From the NCBI RefSeq assembly GCF_963853765.1, contig NC_088856.1, positions 32,798,001 to 32,862,000 on the forward strand: a stretch of 64,000 bases of DNA, read 5' to 3'. This DNA is from Magallana gigas (Eukaryota). The position numbers and the translations under genes are program-made. The notes under the pieces were generated by a model. That model saw only the letters and a list, made by a program, of their open reading frames with translations. It was not told the origin of the DNA and did not search any database. Below, in pieces: positions 62,939-64,000 of the stretch. Each line of letters starts with the position of its first letter. The first letter of the stretch is position 1.

Positions 62939-64000
62939 CTGTAATTACCAAAAAACCCCATAATAGTGAATAAATGAAAATCAATTTTAGTAGGCCTGCA
63001 TGCATTTTTGTGATGATTACATGAATCTTCTAACACTACCATACTAAGCATATACCTACAAATTTAATTGGGCCAAGTGCATTATCCAAATCAGTCTCTA
63101 TTATTATCTAATTATCAGAATTGTATCTGTCAAACATTTTAATCATCTAAGGAAGAAGATTTCTTACCTTTTACCACTTTTTTTTTTATTGTTTCCTTAA
63201 AATGTTAAGAAAGCCATTATGATTTATTCTCATTGAAACTGCACTACATACCCCTTTCCCTCAGTAATGCAATCCTTGATGTGAATGAAACTCTTTGGAA
63301 ATATTCCCTGAAAATATTTTCATAAACGAATTCAACAGAATTTCTGATTATGAAGTGGAATACATGTGTGATAAATATTAAATCCACAGTCTAGTTGTAT
63401 AAGACAAGTACAGGTACATACCCATCCTGTTTTTCTGCTCATTGATTCTCCATAATACCACCCTACAAAACATAAAGCTTTAAGGACACTCTATACACCA
63501 ATGAAAAATAGGTTTTTTTTAAACTTTGAATTAAATATGTCACTCGAAGATATGTATTTTGTGTAGCTCAATTTCAATATAGAGTCTGTGGCACGGATAT
63601 TGCCTGCAAAGAAACTTTTCAAAGAATGTAACTTGATCTAATCAGTAGTTAAAAATACTTAAATCAATCACAAATAAAGACATGCACTGCACGTTGAGGT
63701 TTTCTTCTACTTTACAATTTATATAACTACTCAAAAGACATATTACTCCCTCAGAATGGAAGCTACCCTCTTCAATATACTCTATAATTGAATTTATCAT
63801 AAAGACCCCATACTCCTCCAATATATAGACTGTCCTCTACTGATATCCAACACTCCAGAAATAATAAAACGTTTTTCATACATGCACATGACCTAGGTGG
63901 TCAATATAAATTATGATTTGTTCTACATAGGACTAAAAATATATCCGGCATTTTCAGAATGCTATGAATGGTAATCACAATTCCTGTTGTTCAATGAAAT

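Noticed and set aside
62939-64000. DOCK SH3-domain exons
   Set aside because: No SH3-like translation with splice sites found; these exons presumably lie beyond the window.

Overview
AT-rich eukaryotic DNA with spliceosomal genes. The repeat content (pearl/Helentron-like elements, V/Meta-core SINE) suggests a bivalve, probably an oyster (inference). I rebuilt three protein-coding genes by hand from splice sites and reading phase. (1) An intronless-CDS secreted trypsin-like protease, PRSS23/35-like (+, 4579-5625). (2) A complete 21-coding-exon MCM10 (-, 23707-6644, about 1013 aa), convergent with the protease. (3) A 5'-truncated DOCK3/4-type Rac GEF (-, 46 core exons, 62938-26407), whose SH3 exons lie beyond the window. 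Introns hold MITEs (TA and TTAA target duplications), Helentron-like elements, a SINE, long palindromes and tandem arrays. Best leads: a candidate alternative first coding exon in the 8.25-kb DOCK intron that would make an about 820-aa DHR-2-only GEF with an Akt/14-3-3-type N-terminus; two candidate in-frame cassette exons; five introns whose 5' ends are tandem copies of their own exon-end plus splice donor (one a GC donor); two long near-perfect palindromes; and a multi-TIR MITE nested in a Helentron-like element. Family comparisons are from memory; no database search was run.
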